Source: the human T2T-CHM13v2.0 reference genome, Homo sapiens | DNA: 64,000 nt | Reading direction: 5' to 3' (one strand) | NCBI RefSeq assembly: GCF_009914755.1 | Contig: NC_060931.1 | Shown here: positions 29,346-45,770 of the stretch, piece by piece | Layout of the letters: each line of letters starts with the position of its first letter | Numbering within the stretch: position 1 is the first letter of the stretch | Program-made: the position numbers and the translations under genes | The notes under the pieces: model-generated | What the model was told of the DNA's origin: nothing | Seen by the model: the letters and a program-made list of their open reading frames with translations, nothing else | Databases searched by the model: none

Positions 29346-30559
29346 TTATATAATGCGGTTGGTATATGGTAGGCCCTTACTAAGTTGTCCTTTCCTTTTC
29401 TCCTTAGCTAGGACACCACATATGTGGTGCAGATGGTACCCTGCACACTGGCACTTCGCTGAGGGGTGAATGGGTGCTGCAGTCCAGTGTGCTCTCATTT
29501 TTAGTAAGCCTAAAGCCCCAGTGTGGAGCTGCATTCACACTAGCCTGGGTTAGTGGTGGCCCTGCCCCTAGGGCTCTGAGGTTGAGAATCAGAAGTTCAT
29601 CCAGGACTGAATCCTAGCTGGCCCTAACCAGCTGCAAGGTCCTGGGTATGCCACCTCACAGCTTGGTATCCATGCCTCATCTAGAGGAAATGCATTAGGA
29701 TCTGTCCCTAATGCTAATTCAGATGTCATTTTTTTCAAAGATGAAATGAAATCATGTTTGTGAAGAAATAATTATAAAATGAATGTATTGTACAATTTCC
29801 ATTGTAATAGTTTTTATATGCAGAATAGGCAAGATCATTAAAACATGATTATTGACCTTGAGTGTTATCGTTTAGTTAGGTGGGTGGTTTTAAAGAAGGA
29901 GCCAAGAGATCTTTGTGACCCTTCTGAGCCAGAGGGCAGTTTGGTAATGGGGAGGAGGTATAAGAAATGAGGCCCTGGAGGGAGTAAGAGATACACGGAA
30001 GGCCACTGTGAAAGGCAATGATTAGAGCATGACACTGATGTTGCTTGGGCCATGAAAGAAGAGAAGTGGGTACTCTGCTCAATTAAAAAAATTATCAAAA
30101 TAAATTCAATCTAGAAGTAGAGATAATTTCTCTTCTAAATAAGATTTGAAATGTGTACATTTGTAATAGTTCTATTTCCAGGACATAAATATTATTTTAA
30201 AATGTGACTAAACTTGCCCTGATGCCATAATTTTGATTTCATAGAATGAGTACATACTTCCTCATGCTTCATATGCAGAATGCTTTGATTTATCAGCTTT
30301 GGTATATTAGGACTTCTGGCACTCTAAGTTGATGCATATTTCCATTTTAATGTTAAATTACTGAATTAATTATTGTATATTTCTGTTGCTTCGGGTGCCT
30401 GGCAGTCATGAAATAATTCTTACACCATATTGATGCAGACTTCTGGTTAATAACCATAAAACTAACATGAGCCTCCCTTCCTTTTGCTTAAATTGAGAAA
30501 GAGCTATCAGAGATGCTGAAGCTAAGGTCCAGTTAATAATAACCTGGAAACTATAGATT

Positions 30560-30878
30560 AACACTGTATCTCTAGCCTAGAACTTCTACTTTATGGTCAC
30601 TTTAATTCATCAATAATCATATGCCTGTTTGCTTTAAAAAACCATCAGTGTCTTCATCAGCTTAGGCTGCTGTAATAGACTGCTGGGTGCTATACCATCC
30701 AGTTTATGGTATTTTATTATAGCAGCGTAACTTAGGTGCTATACCATCCAGTTTATGTTATTTTATTATGGCAACCTAAGCTGATGAAGACATTAATGGT
30801 TTTTTAAAGGGAACAAGCATATGATTATTGATGAATTAAAGAGACTGTAAAGTAGTCCTTGGCTAGAGATACAGTGTT
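30560..30878. repeat. long inverted repeat (118/115-bp arms, 86-nt loop)
   Basis: 30560-30677 versus the reverse complement of 30764-30878: 13 mismatches plus one 3-nt indel by hand alignment. Confidence 0.97.
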
Positions 30879-31198
30879 GACAGTGCTGATATAGCACCAG
30901 TTTCTGTTCTTATAGCAACAGAAATTGATTTCTCACAGTTATGGAGGCTGGAAGTCCAAGATCAGAGTGCCAGCATGGTTGAGTTCTGGTGGGAGCCTGC
31001 TTCCTGATTCATAGACAGTTACCTTTTCACATGGTGGATGGGTGATGGAACTCTCAGGGGTCTCTTTTATAAGGGCACCAATCCCATACATAAGGGTAGA
31101 GCCATGGATGATTGGGTAGGACCCAATCACCTACCAAAGGCCCACCTCCTAATACCATCACATTGGAGGTTAGAATTTTAACGTATTCAGTATATAGT
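30649..31198 (-). mobile_element. MLT1A-like MaLR solo LTR, rearranged at one end
   Basis: tgtcttcatcagcttaggctgctgtaata ... aacagaaattgatttctcacagttatggaggctggaagtccaagatca...tcttttataagggcaccaatccca...aaggcccacctcctaataccatcacattgg. Confidence 0.9.
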
Positions 31199-32439
31199 GT
31201 TTGGTTTTCTAGAGGTTTCCTTTAAAAATGAGCATAAGTTTTATGTACAAAATGTTGTCAATATTTTTCTAGTCAGTAGTATTTATTAACCATATTAACT
31301 ACTGATTTAGGAAGATTTCTTCTTTTTTTCCTTTTAAGAATGAGAAATAAACTCGTTATCCATATATGCGCATGACACTTGATATGTTGAAGCTAAAATA
31401 AAGACAATAATTTCAATGTAAGTTTTAAAATCTTCTAACCAAAGTGAATGTAGCAAATGTGTTTAATATGATTTGAAATTTAAATAGCAGCCTCCAGAGT
31501 TCAGGTGTACTTTATTCTTTCAGTAAATTGGGTGGACTATGGATTCATATTGAGCAGTTGTTCTGATTTATCTTGCCTGTGATTTCTTCTCCAAAGATAA
31601 TAATGTAATAATGATTCATTAAGGATCTCGTTACATTTAAGCATTAAAAAAATCTGCAGTTATCCATACAAAGATAAGAATTTTATTTTTATTATTTTTC
31701 CTTTTGTTCTCCAGATTTAAAGTAGACATTTGGTCCTGTAGATAGAGTAGGGAACAAGAAAATGGTTTAATTTTACATCTTAAGAAATACTTAACTTTCA
31801 TTCCAGAAGACTTAAAGGAGGTCTCAGATTCCCCAGTAGATGCAAGAAAATGAGTAAACCTAGAAACTTGGAAATAGATGGTGTTTTAAATAATTAGTTA
31901 GCAAAATGAAGTGCTCGAAGGGTTTTGAGGCAGCAAAAACAAGAGGCATAACTAAATTAGGTGCCATTTTCCAGTGACCCCATACTGATAGCACTGACTG
32001 AATGATTGAGTGCAGACTTAGGAAAATATAAGAGATTCGAGTAATCAGCAGGTGACAAGTCAAAGGAGTTTCAATTGTACAAATGTCAAAACTATTAGAA
32101 ACTTTCTTTTAGTACAAACAAATACCACAGTTAAATTTCTGAGAGAGTAATTAATTTAGTATGTGTTTGTTTATATCCGTGTATGTATTATATTAAAAAG
32201 TTTATTTTTAATAAATTATATAAAAAACTTTATGTGTATACTTAGAAACTACATTTATTTTGTTTTACTACACTGCTAATCATATTACAGTATAGCTTTT
32301 TCATAATAATGCCAGATAAAAATATCTGAGAATGGATTAAATTCACATTAAGAATAGTTAGGAGAGAAAGGAGCCTAACCACAGAAAGTCAAATTTTAGT
32401 AATCTAATTTTTATGTGGATGTTTACTAGAGCAAAGTGA

Positions 32440-32545
32440 AATTATATATACATATACATATAAATATATGCACACATGCCTAACTGTAGATATATATTTA
32501 TGCACATATGTTTATATGCATATAAATATGTTTATGTATATGCAT
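32440..32545. repeat. (TA/CA/TG) low-complexity repeat
   Basis: Degenerate (TATG/TACA)n. Confidence 0.8.
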
Positions 32546-33696
32546 AGTCTCTGTTTTGGAGTAAACATACGCATTTTATAAATGCATAGCCCATACCAAA
32601 ACAAAACAAAACAAAATGCCTTCACTTCAATATGTCTACACAATTGAAGCGATAGAGCATATAGCAAAGGGAGCTTGTTTTTATTTAAATGACATCTGTA
32701 TTGTTTTTAGTAGAACTAAATATGGAAAGCCTTCCCTTAATTCAGTTTTATCTAATGTTGTAATTGGTTATCTGATTTATGGGCACATCAGTTTTACTTA
32801 GATACCTGCCAAAATAAAACCAAAGTTTGCTTTTTAGAAGATTTATACCTAAAAAAATCATTATTCTTACTACACATGAGGCTCTATGTTTGTAGTTGAA
32901 ATGCAGCTATTGACATTTATAACTTTATAACTCATAAATAACTTCTCTGTTTTAAAATACTTTTGAAAATCTACCGCTCAAAAATCTGATTCTGTGAATA
33001 ATAGAAAATGCACTTAAGAGAATGAATACAAACTACATTATTTTTAGTATGTCATCAGGTTATATTGATTCTTAGATAAGTATAGATTAAAATCGTAACC
33101 ACATTATCCAACATTAGTGGTCACTGTTTAGTTGCTAGAAGTTCTGTCAGTAGAGAAAACAATTAAGTTTGCTAATGTAGCAAGTAGGCCTGAAATCCAT
33201 GTATACCAGACAAACAACAGCTTTGTCTTGCTATGAGAAATCTGTTTGTATTGTGAGCATCTTTTCAGGGAAATCAATACTAGTTTTTTCTTGAATCCTT
33301 GAATGCATTGCACTATTCTGTCTCTAAATGGCCTCCTGTCCTATGAAAGAAATTGAACTGAGTTAGGGTAAGGAATTGGTTAGTGTGCCAGTTGTGTCTT
33401 TTTGAACTCACACACAAACAATTTAAAAGTCTAGTTTCACAAACAGTTCTTAAATTTTAAGATTAACCTTAAGTATGCAATCCTTTTCTGTCTTAGTTTC
33501 AGAACCTGTCACAAGGGCACTGAATTTTTCCCCCAGTATTTGTTCTTCTGTTTTACTGGGAGGATTGTTGTCTGACTTCATTGTGTAGTTTTTCTGAGGC
33601 TTGCGGTACATTATTGGCAAATAATTATAAGGTCTCTATTTCTTGACCCTCACATGTGATTCTTAAACAGATCTAAGGTATCTTATTTCCACATAG

Positions 33697-33833
33697 ATGC
33701 TGCAGATTTCCTAAAGGATCAGTTAGAACTTCCTGGAACACCCTTGGATTTGGGTCTTGCAGCTGGCTCTTACTCAAGAAAACCTCCACTAAGTCAGGGC
33801 AGAATCGCTCCTGTTGCTCCCCACCTGGAGTAG
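33697..33833 (+). other. candidate exon or terminal coding segment
   Basis: tcttatttccacatAG|, then phase-1 open frame AADFLKDQLELPGTPLDLGLAAGSYSRKPPLSQGRIAPVAPHLE*. Locally more GC-rich unique sequence. No strong donor. Confidence 0.25.
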
Positions 33834-34746
33834 AATGAATGGAGTAACACATTTTAGTTTTTCTCTAAAACCAATTGAGTTCTTAAAGACTCTGATCTCT
33901 AAGTAAAATGAGACATTTAATTATGCTAGTGAATACAAATGTATCAAATTTTACTTTAAAAGGCAGAGGCTCTCTCAAATTAGATTTTATAAAAATTGTT
34001 TGCAGAAGGCCTGAAACAAAGTGACACAATAAGATTAAAATCAAATAATGGGTTAACGTATATCTTAATTGATATATAGTAAATAGGGAAAATTATATAA
34101 CAACTTATAGAATATAAGACAAAAAAGCATTACATGAGAAAAAAGGACTTTTTAAAATAATTTAAAGAAACATCCATGGTGAAAACACAGTTGTTGTAGT
34201 TTATGTACCAAACACCAAAGCAAAGAGTGTCAAATTAAATTGTATTGATTAAATCGTATATTGCAGTTTGGTTATTAAGACTGGCAGAAAGAGACCAAAG
34301 CATTACTTGTTATAAGTTTGCCATAAAATTTTTCAAGGGTATTTGGTGAAACAGAAGAGAGTCATCTGTATAGAGAGGAAGGATGCAGCAATTGACTGTA
34401 TGGCTTCTCCTTTGGCCCTCACGCTGTTGCCCTTGACTCTCCTGGCACAGGTATGGTCTAGCGATGGTCTTCACTGAGCTGAAAGGGAGGCCAAATACTT
34501 GCAAAATTGGAATCCATTTACACATTGGTGTCCGTCACCAAACACACCAAACATCAATAAGCTTCTCTTAGAGGTTTTTTGTTTGTTTTTAAACAAGTGC
34601 ATAATTTTCAAAGCTGCTTTCTCATCTAGGAGGAAAGAGAAGTTCTGGGGCTCCCCAAACATCTTTACCTCCAGCACTCTGGAGCTTAAGAAAGCTATCT
34701 CTTCATATTTATAAAGCAAAACTTTTGGGGAAAAACAAAAGATTAG

Positions 34747-35175
<429 letters not shown>

Positions 35176-35725
35176 TTAACATGGTTGAATAAATTTCTCT
35201 AACTAGAAAGAGCATAGTTTATATTATCTGACCACCAAGCAGTAAAGTATAAATTAATATCAAAGCTTTACGTAAGAAAATCACGGGAGATTTAAAAGAA
35301 AAATCAACTTTCTAAATTTTGGGATCAAAAGGAAATAAAAACTAATCACTGACAAGAAAATAGTGGCAATGATGGGATAAAATATCATAATGTATGGCAT
35401 AGGACAAAACTATAATTAATAGACAAATTTTAGGCCATTTTTTATTAAGTAAGAAAAAGTGAGAATAGACTATTCATTCAGTACTCAAATTTAGATAAAT
35501 AATGCTGCTGAAATAATATGAAGAAAATAAAAATAACTTAAATAATAAAATATTAATTAGAGACAACTTTAACAGAGTAGACAAATAGGTTGAAGAGTAT
35601 ATTTTAGGAAAATACATGCTGACAAGAGAGTTCTTATTTCAGGGTTTGGCAGTATATTTAACGTTACAAAATATTTTAGCTTCTTACTTTTTTTGTTGTT
35701 GCTTGTTTCCTATTTTTCGCCTCAG

Positions 35726-35803
35726 GTATATGGACTCTTGGATAGTCCATGCATGAAAGACTTTAATGCCAGTTCATCTCTGAGGTTAAATACAAATGTG
35801 TGT
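35726..35803 (+). other. candidate 78-nt exon
   Basis: Pyrimidine tract of about 45 nt ending cctcAG|; donor TGT|GTGAGT. Open in phase 0, stop in phase 1. Confidence 0.3.
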
Positions 35804-36299
35804 GTGAGTAACATTTTTCTAAACGTAGTAATAATGTTTTTCTAATGTGAATATGAGAGTCTCAAAGTAGTCTGGAACTCCCTCATAAAAAAATCCAGTT
35901 ATTGTTTCCACTCAAACAGTAAATCATCTTGGTAGACCAAAGGAGAAAACCTACGTGGTATTTTTCCTTTAGGAAATATCCAAAATATGTTCTATATCTA
36001 TTCCATATCTTAAAAAAAAAGATAAGACAAAATAAAACAAGAAACAAAAATAGTTATAGAAAGTGCTTTCTTAATAGTAACAAGTGATTCCCAAGCCAGA
36101 TTGAAATATCAATTATATATGTAATAGAAAACTACTACATTTTTAGTAAAAAATAAGGGAAAAGTTGCCACCTCCACCATGGTATTCTGGAAGTTCTAAT
36201 GAATGTATTGTGTCAGGAAGAAAACCTTTGAGATATAATTCTTAGAAATATGAAGGGAATATTGCCATTGTTTTTGCAAGATTTTATTTCAAGGAACAG

Positions 36300-36470
36300 G
36301 GTCATTCATTAAGTATTGAGTATCTGCCATATGGCAGTTACTTTTCTAAGCCCTGGAGATCAAACTGTGCACAGGACAGGCAAGGCCTGCGCCCATGGAG
36401 TGTATTATTTAGAGTGACTGTGTAGAGAAAGACAATAAGGAAACAAATGAACAAGAAAATTTCAGATAGC
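36300..36470 (-). mobile_element. L2 3' end
   Basis: cattcattaagtattgagtatctgccatatggcag...ctaagccctggagat...cccatggagtgtatt. Confidence 0.75.
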
Positions 36471-36474
36471 AGTC

Positions 36475-37804
<1,330 letters not shown>

Positions 37805-37864
37805 TTACAAAACATACTGGGTGTTTTACAATGTTTTGTAAAATATTATTTGGAAGTACACATA

Positions 37865-38156
37865 GGCCAGGCATGGTGGCTCATGCCTGTAATCCCAGCC
37901 ATTTGGGAGGCCAGGGTGGGAGGATCACTTGACCTTAACAGTTAAAGATGAATCTAGGCAACATAGGAAGATCTCATCTCTACAAAGAATAAAATAGTTT
38001 TCCAGGTGTGGTGGTGTGTGCCTGTGGTCCCAGGTACTTGGGAGGCTGAGGTGGGAGGATTGCTTGAACCCAGGAGGAGAATGTGGTGACCCGTCACTGT
38101 GCCGCTGCACTTCAACCTGAGGGACAGAGGGAGATCCTATCTCAAGAAAAAAAAAA
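37865..38156 (+). mobile_element. AluJ
   Basis: gggaggatcacttga and gtgggaggattgcttgaacccaggag J-type motifs; highly diverged. Confidence 0.93.
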
Positions 38157-41100
38157 TGCGTACACTCAAAACATATACATATGTACTAGAAGGATTAAAT
38201 TGAATAATGCTAAAATATTTATAGTCATTTTTTAAAGATTGAGATATTACAGGTTATTTTATTGTATTTTTTACTTTCTATATTATTTAATTCTGAAAGG
38301 GAGTGCCTGTCAAAATTATGAAGGGAAACATTGGAAACTAATATTTTTCAATATCAAATATTCAATATTTTTTCCTTAGCTTATTTTTGAATTCCCTTAA
38401 CAGCTTATTGAAATACATAATGGCGTTCTGCTTTTAAACATCAGTAAGTTGAGATTCAGGGAGAGCAAGTAAATACTCCAAAATCACTGATGCAGAAAGC
38501 AGCAGGGTTGTGACTGGAAACCAGTAGTTGAGTTATCCCATAAGCCATTAGCCAGCATGTTATGGATCTCTGCCCTGCTTGATGTCAGGATTGGGGAGAA
38601 AAAAGAAAAAAAAAAAAAGGTTAAGTTCAAGTCCAGGCCTGATCTTTCATCAGCAGAAGGGGGTTTATTTTATTCTACTTTCTGTGTCTGCTCCTCATTC
38701 CATCCCAGTAGCTCCTATTCAGTCCTTCAAGGAGGTGATTAGATAGACACATTTCTCCTGTGAAGGATGTTAGGCTTTTGAGACAAAACATCACAGTTGG
38801 ATGTAAAGTGAGACCTTTCTGTTTCTATTTACCTTTTGCAAATGTGAGACTCTGCCTGAGATAATCCTTCAATCCTTCTTTTCCTGGCCCACCAATGTGT
38901 AAAGCTTGGATTCAAGTTGGTGTGGATGCCAAAAGTGTTAACTTTGAAAAAGAAAAGATTTATTTCCTTATTATAGACATTCGAGAACCCTTAATTCTAT
39001 GTGTGATAGGCACCTTACTGCAAAAAGAGGCAAAGTGATGGAATCAAATAAACACATTACAGCTCCAGATAAGAAATAAGCACTTCTCAAATGCAGGAAT
39101 GTTTTAAGACTGTTAATGATACTAGATAGGTGTATGTTCAATAACGTTCTTCTCACAGTATGTGTGCTTCTAAAATCATATCATTTTCCTTTGGGATAAT
39201 AACACCATAAGAAATGAATAAAGTTGCCTTAGTATGCTAGTGAATGTAGCCAGTTTTCAATTTTGGTCTGGGATATGTTAACCCACTAAAGTAAATCTGA
39301 GTGTATTTTGGAAAGATACATCACTATATCACTATAGATACATTGTATTGTTTTCTGGTCTGTGGTAGGGTCTTTCCCTTCCTCTTCTGTTGACAGGAGA
39401 GTATTATTTGAGAACATCTAATCAGATATAACAATTTTCAAATTGACTAAAATAAGGGCCATAGTCATACTTACGATATTGTTCTTCTGGAACTATTCGC
39501 TAATAGCCATTTCTCATAAATTGGCTTTAGAATATACCTCTAAACAACATGATAGTGACCACTTTATTGCAAAACAAACCCAATGCACTGAATCTTTTTA
39601 TTTTTAAATACATTTTATAATATTGAGGTCATTACAGGCATTCTCTAAGAGCTGGAAGAAAAAATTTCCTAGCATAGGACCTGCTCAGTATGTTATAGAG
39701 TGGACGATATTTAATTTCACTGAGTTCCTTTCCTTCTTCCCAGTTTGCTTGTCAAAAAAAAAACTCACATTCCATATACCCAAAACTACCTTTCAAGCTG
39801 CTTTTAATGTTTAACGCACTCTTTGTTTCTGCAAAGATTTAGCATTTAGTATTTAGATGATTATACTTATTCATTTTCTATTTCTTCTGATCATTGTGCT
39901 TTTGATTTCCTGATATATCTGTCTACCCCATTTCTCTCTGGTGAAAGCCATTCAGGCTCAGCTTAACTCATCAATGAAGCTCTCCCCGATCCCCAACTCT
40001 GAACTCCCATAGATTGCTTGTTTGCACCTCTGACACCATGTACCTTGTATAGATCTTTTCATAAGTTAACTTTCTGGCAGCCCCATAATGTGCACCCTGG
40101 GCACCTGCATCATATATGTGCAGTTTTCTCACTTCTTTATGGTTTTCATTTCCTTGAGTAATTCCTTACTCCTCACCTCACTTGGTTTGTATTTTCTATC
40201 AACTCCAGTTTTAGACCTTTAAATGAGGTCTTATTTTCATTGAACTTGCATAGAAAATCTTATTTTGTAATGTTATTTTGCAATGGCCTCTCTAAGACAA
40301 GCCTTGTGGCCCCCCTATGCATGTTACTTAATACCTTTTGAAGCCAAAACAACCTGAGGCCACACCCTAACTTGAAACCCAGGTCACGCTCGCCTTGAAC
40401 CTTCCCACTTACCAGTGGAGGGGAATTAAACACTTACAAGAACATCGCATGTAACATTACACTCTATGAGGTGGTCCCCCAGTCCCTTTTGTGCAGCCTA
40501 GTTAGAGTAATCAAAGCAACTCATCACGATTAAACCATAGCTGGAAAAGAGACTGTTCTATTGCTATAGTTTCAAGCAATCTATTCCCACTCGTATTCAG
40601 TCCTCAGAGAAAAGAAGATTACACACTGCCTTCTTTTGTCATTTCAGCTCTTTTACTGAATTCCACTAATGGAATTTAGTCTGGTCTCTTGGGATACACC
40701 ACATGGCCAAATTCATTCTCTGCTTTTGACAGAAATATCTACCATGGATTCTCTCCCTTCAGCTCTCTCTTACCATTTTCTTCACCTCCCGCAATGTGGC
40801 AGCTCATCAGTGTTTTTATGTCTTTGTAACCCTCTTGGGTCTGGCCTTTCATGAAGATTGCCAGTCTCAGATCTGCCTAGTTCTGCTGATAGATAAGGAA
40901 TATGGAGCTTCCATTTCTGAGGATAAAAGAAGATTCGAAGAGGAAGAGTATCTCCTGCTCAAAGAGGGCTTGTCTCTCTTTGCTTTAAAAAGCTCCCATT
41001 TTTATAAGTTGAATCTTTTCTATGTTTCAGCATGGGCTGGATCAAGGGGGGAATCTACCCTGCCACAGCTTTCTGTCCATCACTATTCTTGTTCTATTTA

Positions 41101-43080
41101 TGTGTAGATTTTCAGCCAATATAATATGTTGGTACCCAGTGAGGAGTTTTGCATATAAAAAGGGCTCAATTAAATGCTGGATTCATAATCCTGCCCATTT
41201 AAAAAAAGTCCCACATTTTATTCTCTTTTGCTATTATAGAATCTGAGTACAATTAAAGCTTTCTCCAAATTGCCTGTGTTGTATTTCTCAGTCAGAAGCT
41301 TGCAAAGAATATTTTAAACAGTTGTCGTGTGGGCTTTTCCCGAAATGCCATGTCACTCCAAAAGTGATACTCTGCTATTTTGACTACTCATAGAAAATGA
41401 GGAAGGAGGTAGGCTGAACAGAGAGAAATTCCAACTGAAGTAGTACTCCTAGCCAAGCCAGTGGTATAGCACCATTGCTCATCTTTAGAATTTTAGAAAT
41501 AACTAAGGCAGTATGTACTTTTAAAAACCTTTTATTTCAGTGGCAAAATAAATGATTAAATAATAATATCAGTTGGTATAGGGATAAGCGAATAAAACAT
41601 CTCATTTCTTGATATTTTTTATATGAATTCCAATAGTGTGATGTGGTTATAGTCTTTGTTGGGGACTGTGTTTGTGACAGTAAAGCAATAAATTTTATTA
41701 TGTCATTATGTGAAAAACATCTTAACATTTTTTGTGTGTCTTAAAGTAGGTTACAGAGGACAAAATAATCTGTGGAGAGAAAAAAAAAAGAAAAAAGCTT
41801 TCCATTCACGTTAGATTGCAGTAACCCAGTGATTTCTTGTACTTTAAATAATTTCTGAAATTTTAGTTTTAAATTCTAGTAAGAATATTTTTAAATTATA
41901 CATAGGATCTATGTGGGCCCATCTTATCCAGGAGAGAGTTTATTTCACATATTCATGTAGGCTTGTTTTACAAAAACGACGTAAATGTTATGACTAAAAA
42001 ACACCCTGCTATATTTGTACGTGTGGCTAAGATAATCAAATAAGACCATTCCCAAGTTGTCCCTAGAGTATTTTATTTATGTTCCCAGTACCCCTGCCAT
42101 GACTCCCTGAGAGGTTCTCCCTTGACACTGATCCTCCTTGAGCACATCTGAAGTAGCTGGTAGGGAAGGTGTCCACAGTGAGGGCTGTGTAGCTTTCAGA
42201 GCCCCCATCCCTTCCATGTAAGTCTGAAGCCCCAATATTGTTTTGTGCAGCCTGTGAGGATAGAGGAGAAGGGAAGGAGGAAGTATTTTTGAGAACTAGT
42301 TTCACAGTGCTTTTTTGAAATTTTAATCAGAGAGTTTGCTTTTTTAAACCATAGACTTGTAGTTTCTTAGTACTTTAGTTCCCTCAGAAATTTAACAGGT
42401 TCTGATATATTGCTTCTAGTCAGTTCCGTGACCAGGAAACACATGAAAAGTTGTTCTAAATGTAGTTCCTAACTCTGCTCTTTTTCTTTCTTTCCATGCC
42501 CCGTGCTTCTTTCTCTACTCAGTGGTGGCCACCTTGAGTCCATCTGAAACAACAGACTGGGGGAATTGGTGGGGTGGCTTTATTCTTAGCTACAATACTA
42601 TTTTTGTTACAGAACTAAGTCTTTTGTGAATTGGGAATTTTAATGGAATTTTGTTTTTCAAAGCTTTTATATTTATTTTTGCTCTTTGGGAATCAGATGC
42701 AGTGTAATTTTTCAGCTCTTCAAAGTATCAAATTTCTTGACACTCTCATTCCTTTTCATTTCTAGTTAATTTTTGTCTGAACTAACCTTTTTCTTGTCGT
42801 ACCTTGCAGTCAGTGGCAAAAATCAACAATATATAAGAACATCATGGCCTCTTGAACCCTCTTGTTCGCTGAAGCTGCAGTTTCACTAGGCAATTGGATT
42901 GCCTTTCGAATAGCTGTAGGCTTTAGTTTTACTGAATGTTTTTTCATTGGTATGAGTTGCCAGTATTCCAGCTTGTTTTGTCTGTTTTTTTGCTACCTGA
43001 TTTTGGCCACTAAGCTAATACTTAAGTGTTGAGCCTTTGTTACAGTCCCAATTCATTTCAAGTTGTCAATTCACTTTCTC

Positions 43081-43488
43081 TGTTAAGCTAGGCTAGGAGT
43101 AGTAGCACAGAGACCACAAAATAATCAGTGGATAATCACAATAATATTTTATTTCTCATTCACGTAAGAGTCCTGGAGTTATAGGCATTTAGGACAGCAC
43201 AGCAGCTCTCCTGTATTCTTCAGGGCCCTGTAGTGATGGTAGCTTCGAAATCAGCACATGGCTTCCAGTGTTGCTCAGGATGTCTGCATCCCAGGCACTA
43301 GAAGGGAAACAGCATCTGGACGAGTGCTCATGGTCATTCTGTAAAGGCTAGATCTGAAATGGCACTTGTTACTTCTACTCACATTCTGTTGGAGACAAGG
43401 TTGTCACTTTACCTAACTGCAAGGGAGGCTGGGTTGTATATGGTAGGAGGAGAGAAACATTAGTGGCTGGCTTGTGGTCTCTGCCACA
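43081..43488 (-). mobile_element. old MaLR LTR (MLT1J/K-like)
   Basis: atcagtggat...tttatttctcattcacg...acttctactcacattctgttgg...acctaactgcaagggaggctggg...gtctctgccaca. Confidence 0.8.
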
Positions 43489-43882
43489 AGATGATGGGAA
43501 GGAATTTATGTATGTCAAGTATATGCATAAGCAAAAAGAAAATGTTTACCTTAAAGACAGTTGGACTTAATGATTAGATGATAAGGGACCAAAATATGGA
43601 AAAGGAACTGTGAACTAATCATTAATATCATGTGATACTCTGAAAGAGATAACTATTTTGATTTTCTAAAAATGCAGCAAAGGCAAAGAGGGGTTAATAA
43701 AAGTTGGCTTCTGGGATTGTATACTTTAGAGAGTGTGTGACTTCCTGAGGATACAGTTTTATATTTATTTTGGCATTTTGTGAACATGACTAACATGTTC
43801 TCCATACGCATCAATTAGTGTAGTTGTTCTGAAAAAATAAGATATTTTTAGATCTCAGTTGTGTTTGACCCTAGAGAAAGAC

Positions 43883-43883
<1 letters not shown>

Positions 43884-43937
<54 letters not shown>
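43884..43937. repeat. (AC)27 microsatellite
   Basis: Perfect run. Confidence 0.99.
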
Positions 43938-43940
<3 letters not shown>

Positions 43941-44632
43941 GTAGAGAAGGGAAGTAATGGGGGATGAGGCAAGGGGTGAGAACTGAACATTTATTTGTTC
44001 AAAGGTTTGACCGTGATTTTCTTGGCTTTTGTTAGGAAGAATATAGCTAGATTTAAAAGTAATTCTCGGATAATGACTAGACACAATTCAGTAGTGTTTG
44101 CATGGCTCTTGGCAACTGATCACTCCCTGGAATACACTGAGAGAGCTGGAGAGGGGGTTTCAGTGCCTGCTCTTAGGTTTTTCAGAATTATGGCTGAGAT
44201 CCCAGTAGGTCAGCAAGGTCTGTCTCTCACAGCAACCATTGGTTCCTAGAAACCCTTAGGGTTTACTTATGTTCTTGAATGTTTGGTTTTATTCTTAGTT
44301 CCTGTTTTTCCTTCCTGTCACATCCTAGACCAGGCCACTTTGCATGTCATTCTTGAGTTCTGTAGTAGTTTGGTACAGGCTACTCCTCTCTTTCCACTTC
44401 AGTATATTCTGTGTCCGGCTTTTTCCTGCTCATAAAACCTTAAATTACTGTACGTTGTTCAAAGGATATATTTCAGTCTGTGCCTAGACAAAGCCTAGTC
44501 CAGCAGCCAGAAGTCTTCAGTTCTGGCCCCAGTTTTGCCACTAACTAGCTGCATGGCCAAGGAGAAGTGACTTATGAGAATATATCTGTCCCCAGCTTCT
44601 CTGTGAAACAATAAGCATTCTAAGGAAGATTA

Positions 44633-45273
<641 letters not shown>

Positions 45274-45564
45274 CTACATCCTTTTCTTGGCCATCTGAAG
45301 TTGTATAGTGATATATTTTAGATGTTTCGGGAAATCCTGTCACAAAGTGACCTGTTTACCTGCATTAAACCTTGCATAGCCTTCACCAATTGGCCAGCAA
45401 AACCTTTTGTTCACATAACATATTAACATTCCACCTCCACACAAATAGTGTTACCCAGAAGACACACTTAGAAGTAATGAACTATGTTGAGGATACTAGA
45501 GAGCTTCTGAAAATGTCTCCACTTTTTCATCTTTATCACCTATTAAGAATGGCAGCTTTGAAGT

Positions 45565-45770
45565 AAGATGCCTGGATATAAACCCCTCACTTAGTACACA
45601 GACAATTTTGGGCAAGTTACTTAATCTTTTTGCTCTCTGGTTTCTTCTTCTGTCAAATGAGGGCAATAGAAGTTTTTACCATGGGGTTATTTACAGGATT
45701 CCATGAGTTCACACAGGCCTAGTGCTCACAGCAGAGCCTGGTATGTAGTAAGCATTGCCCATTATCAATA
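45565..45770 (+). mobile_element. MIR
   Basis: ttgggcaagttacttaatct...tctggtttcttcttctgtcaaatgaggg...gcctggtatgtagtaagca. Confidence 0.85.

Noticed and set aside
40796-41107. 103-aa ORF in unique sequence
   Set aside because: Non-ATG start, no recognisable domain and no convincing splice boundaries.
43782-43801. GAACATGACTAACATGTTCT as a p53 element
   Set aside because: The half-sites are out of register and mismatched.
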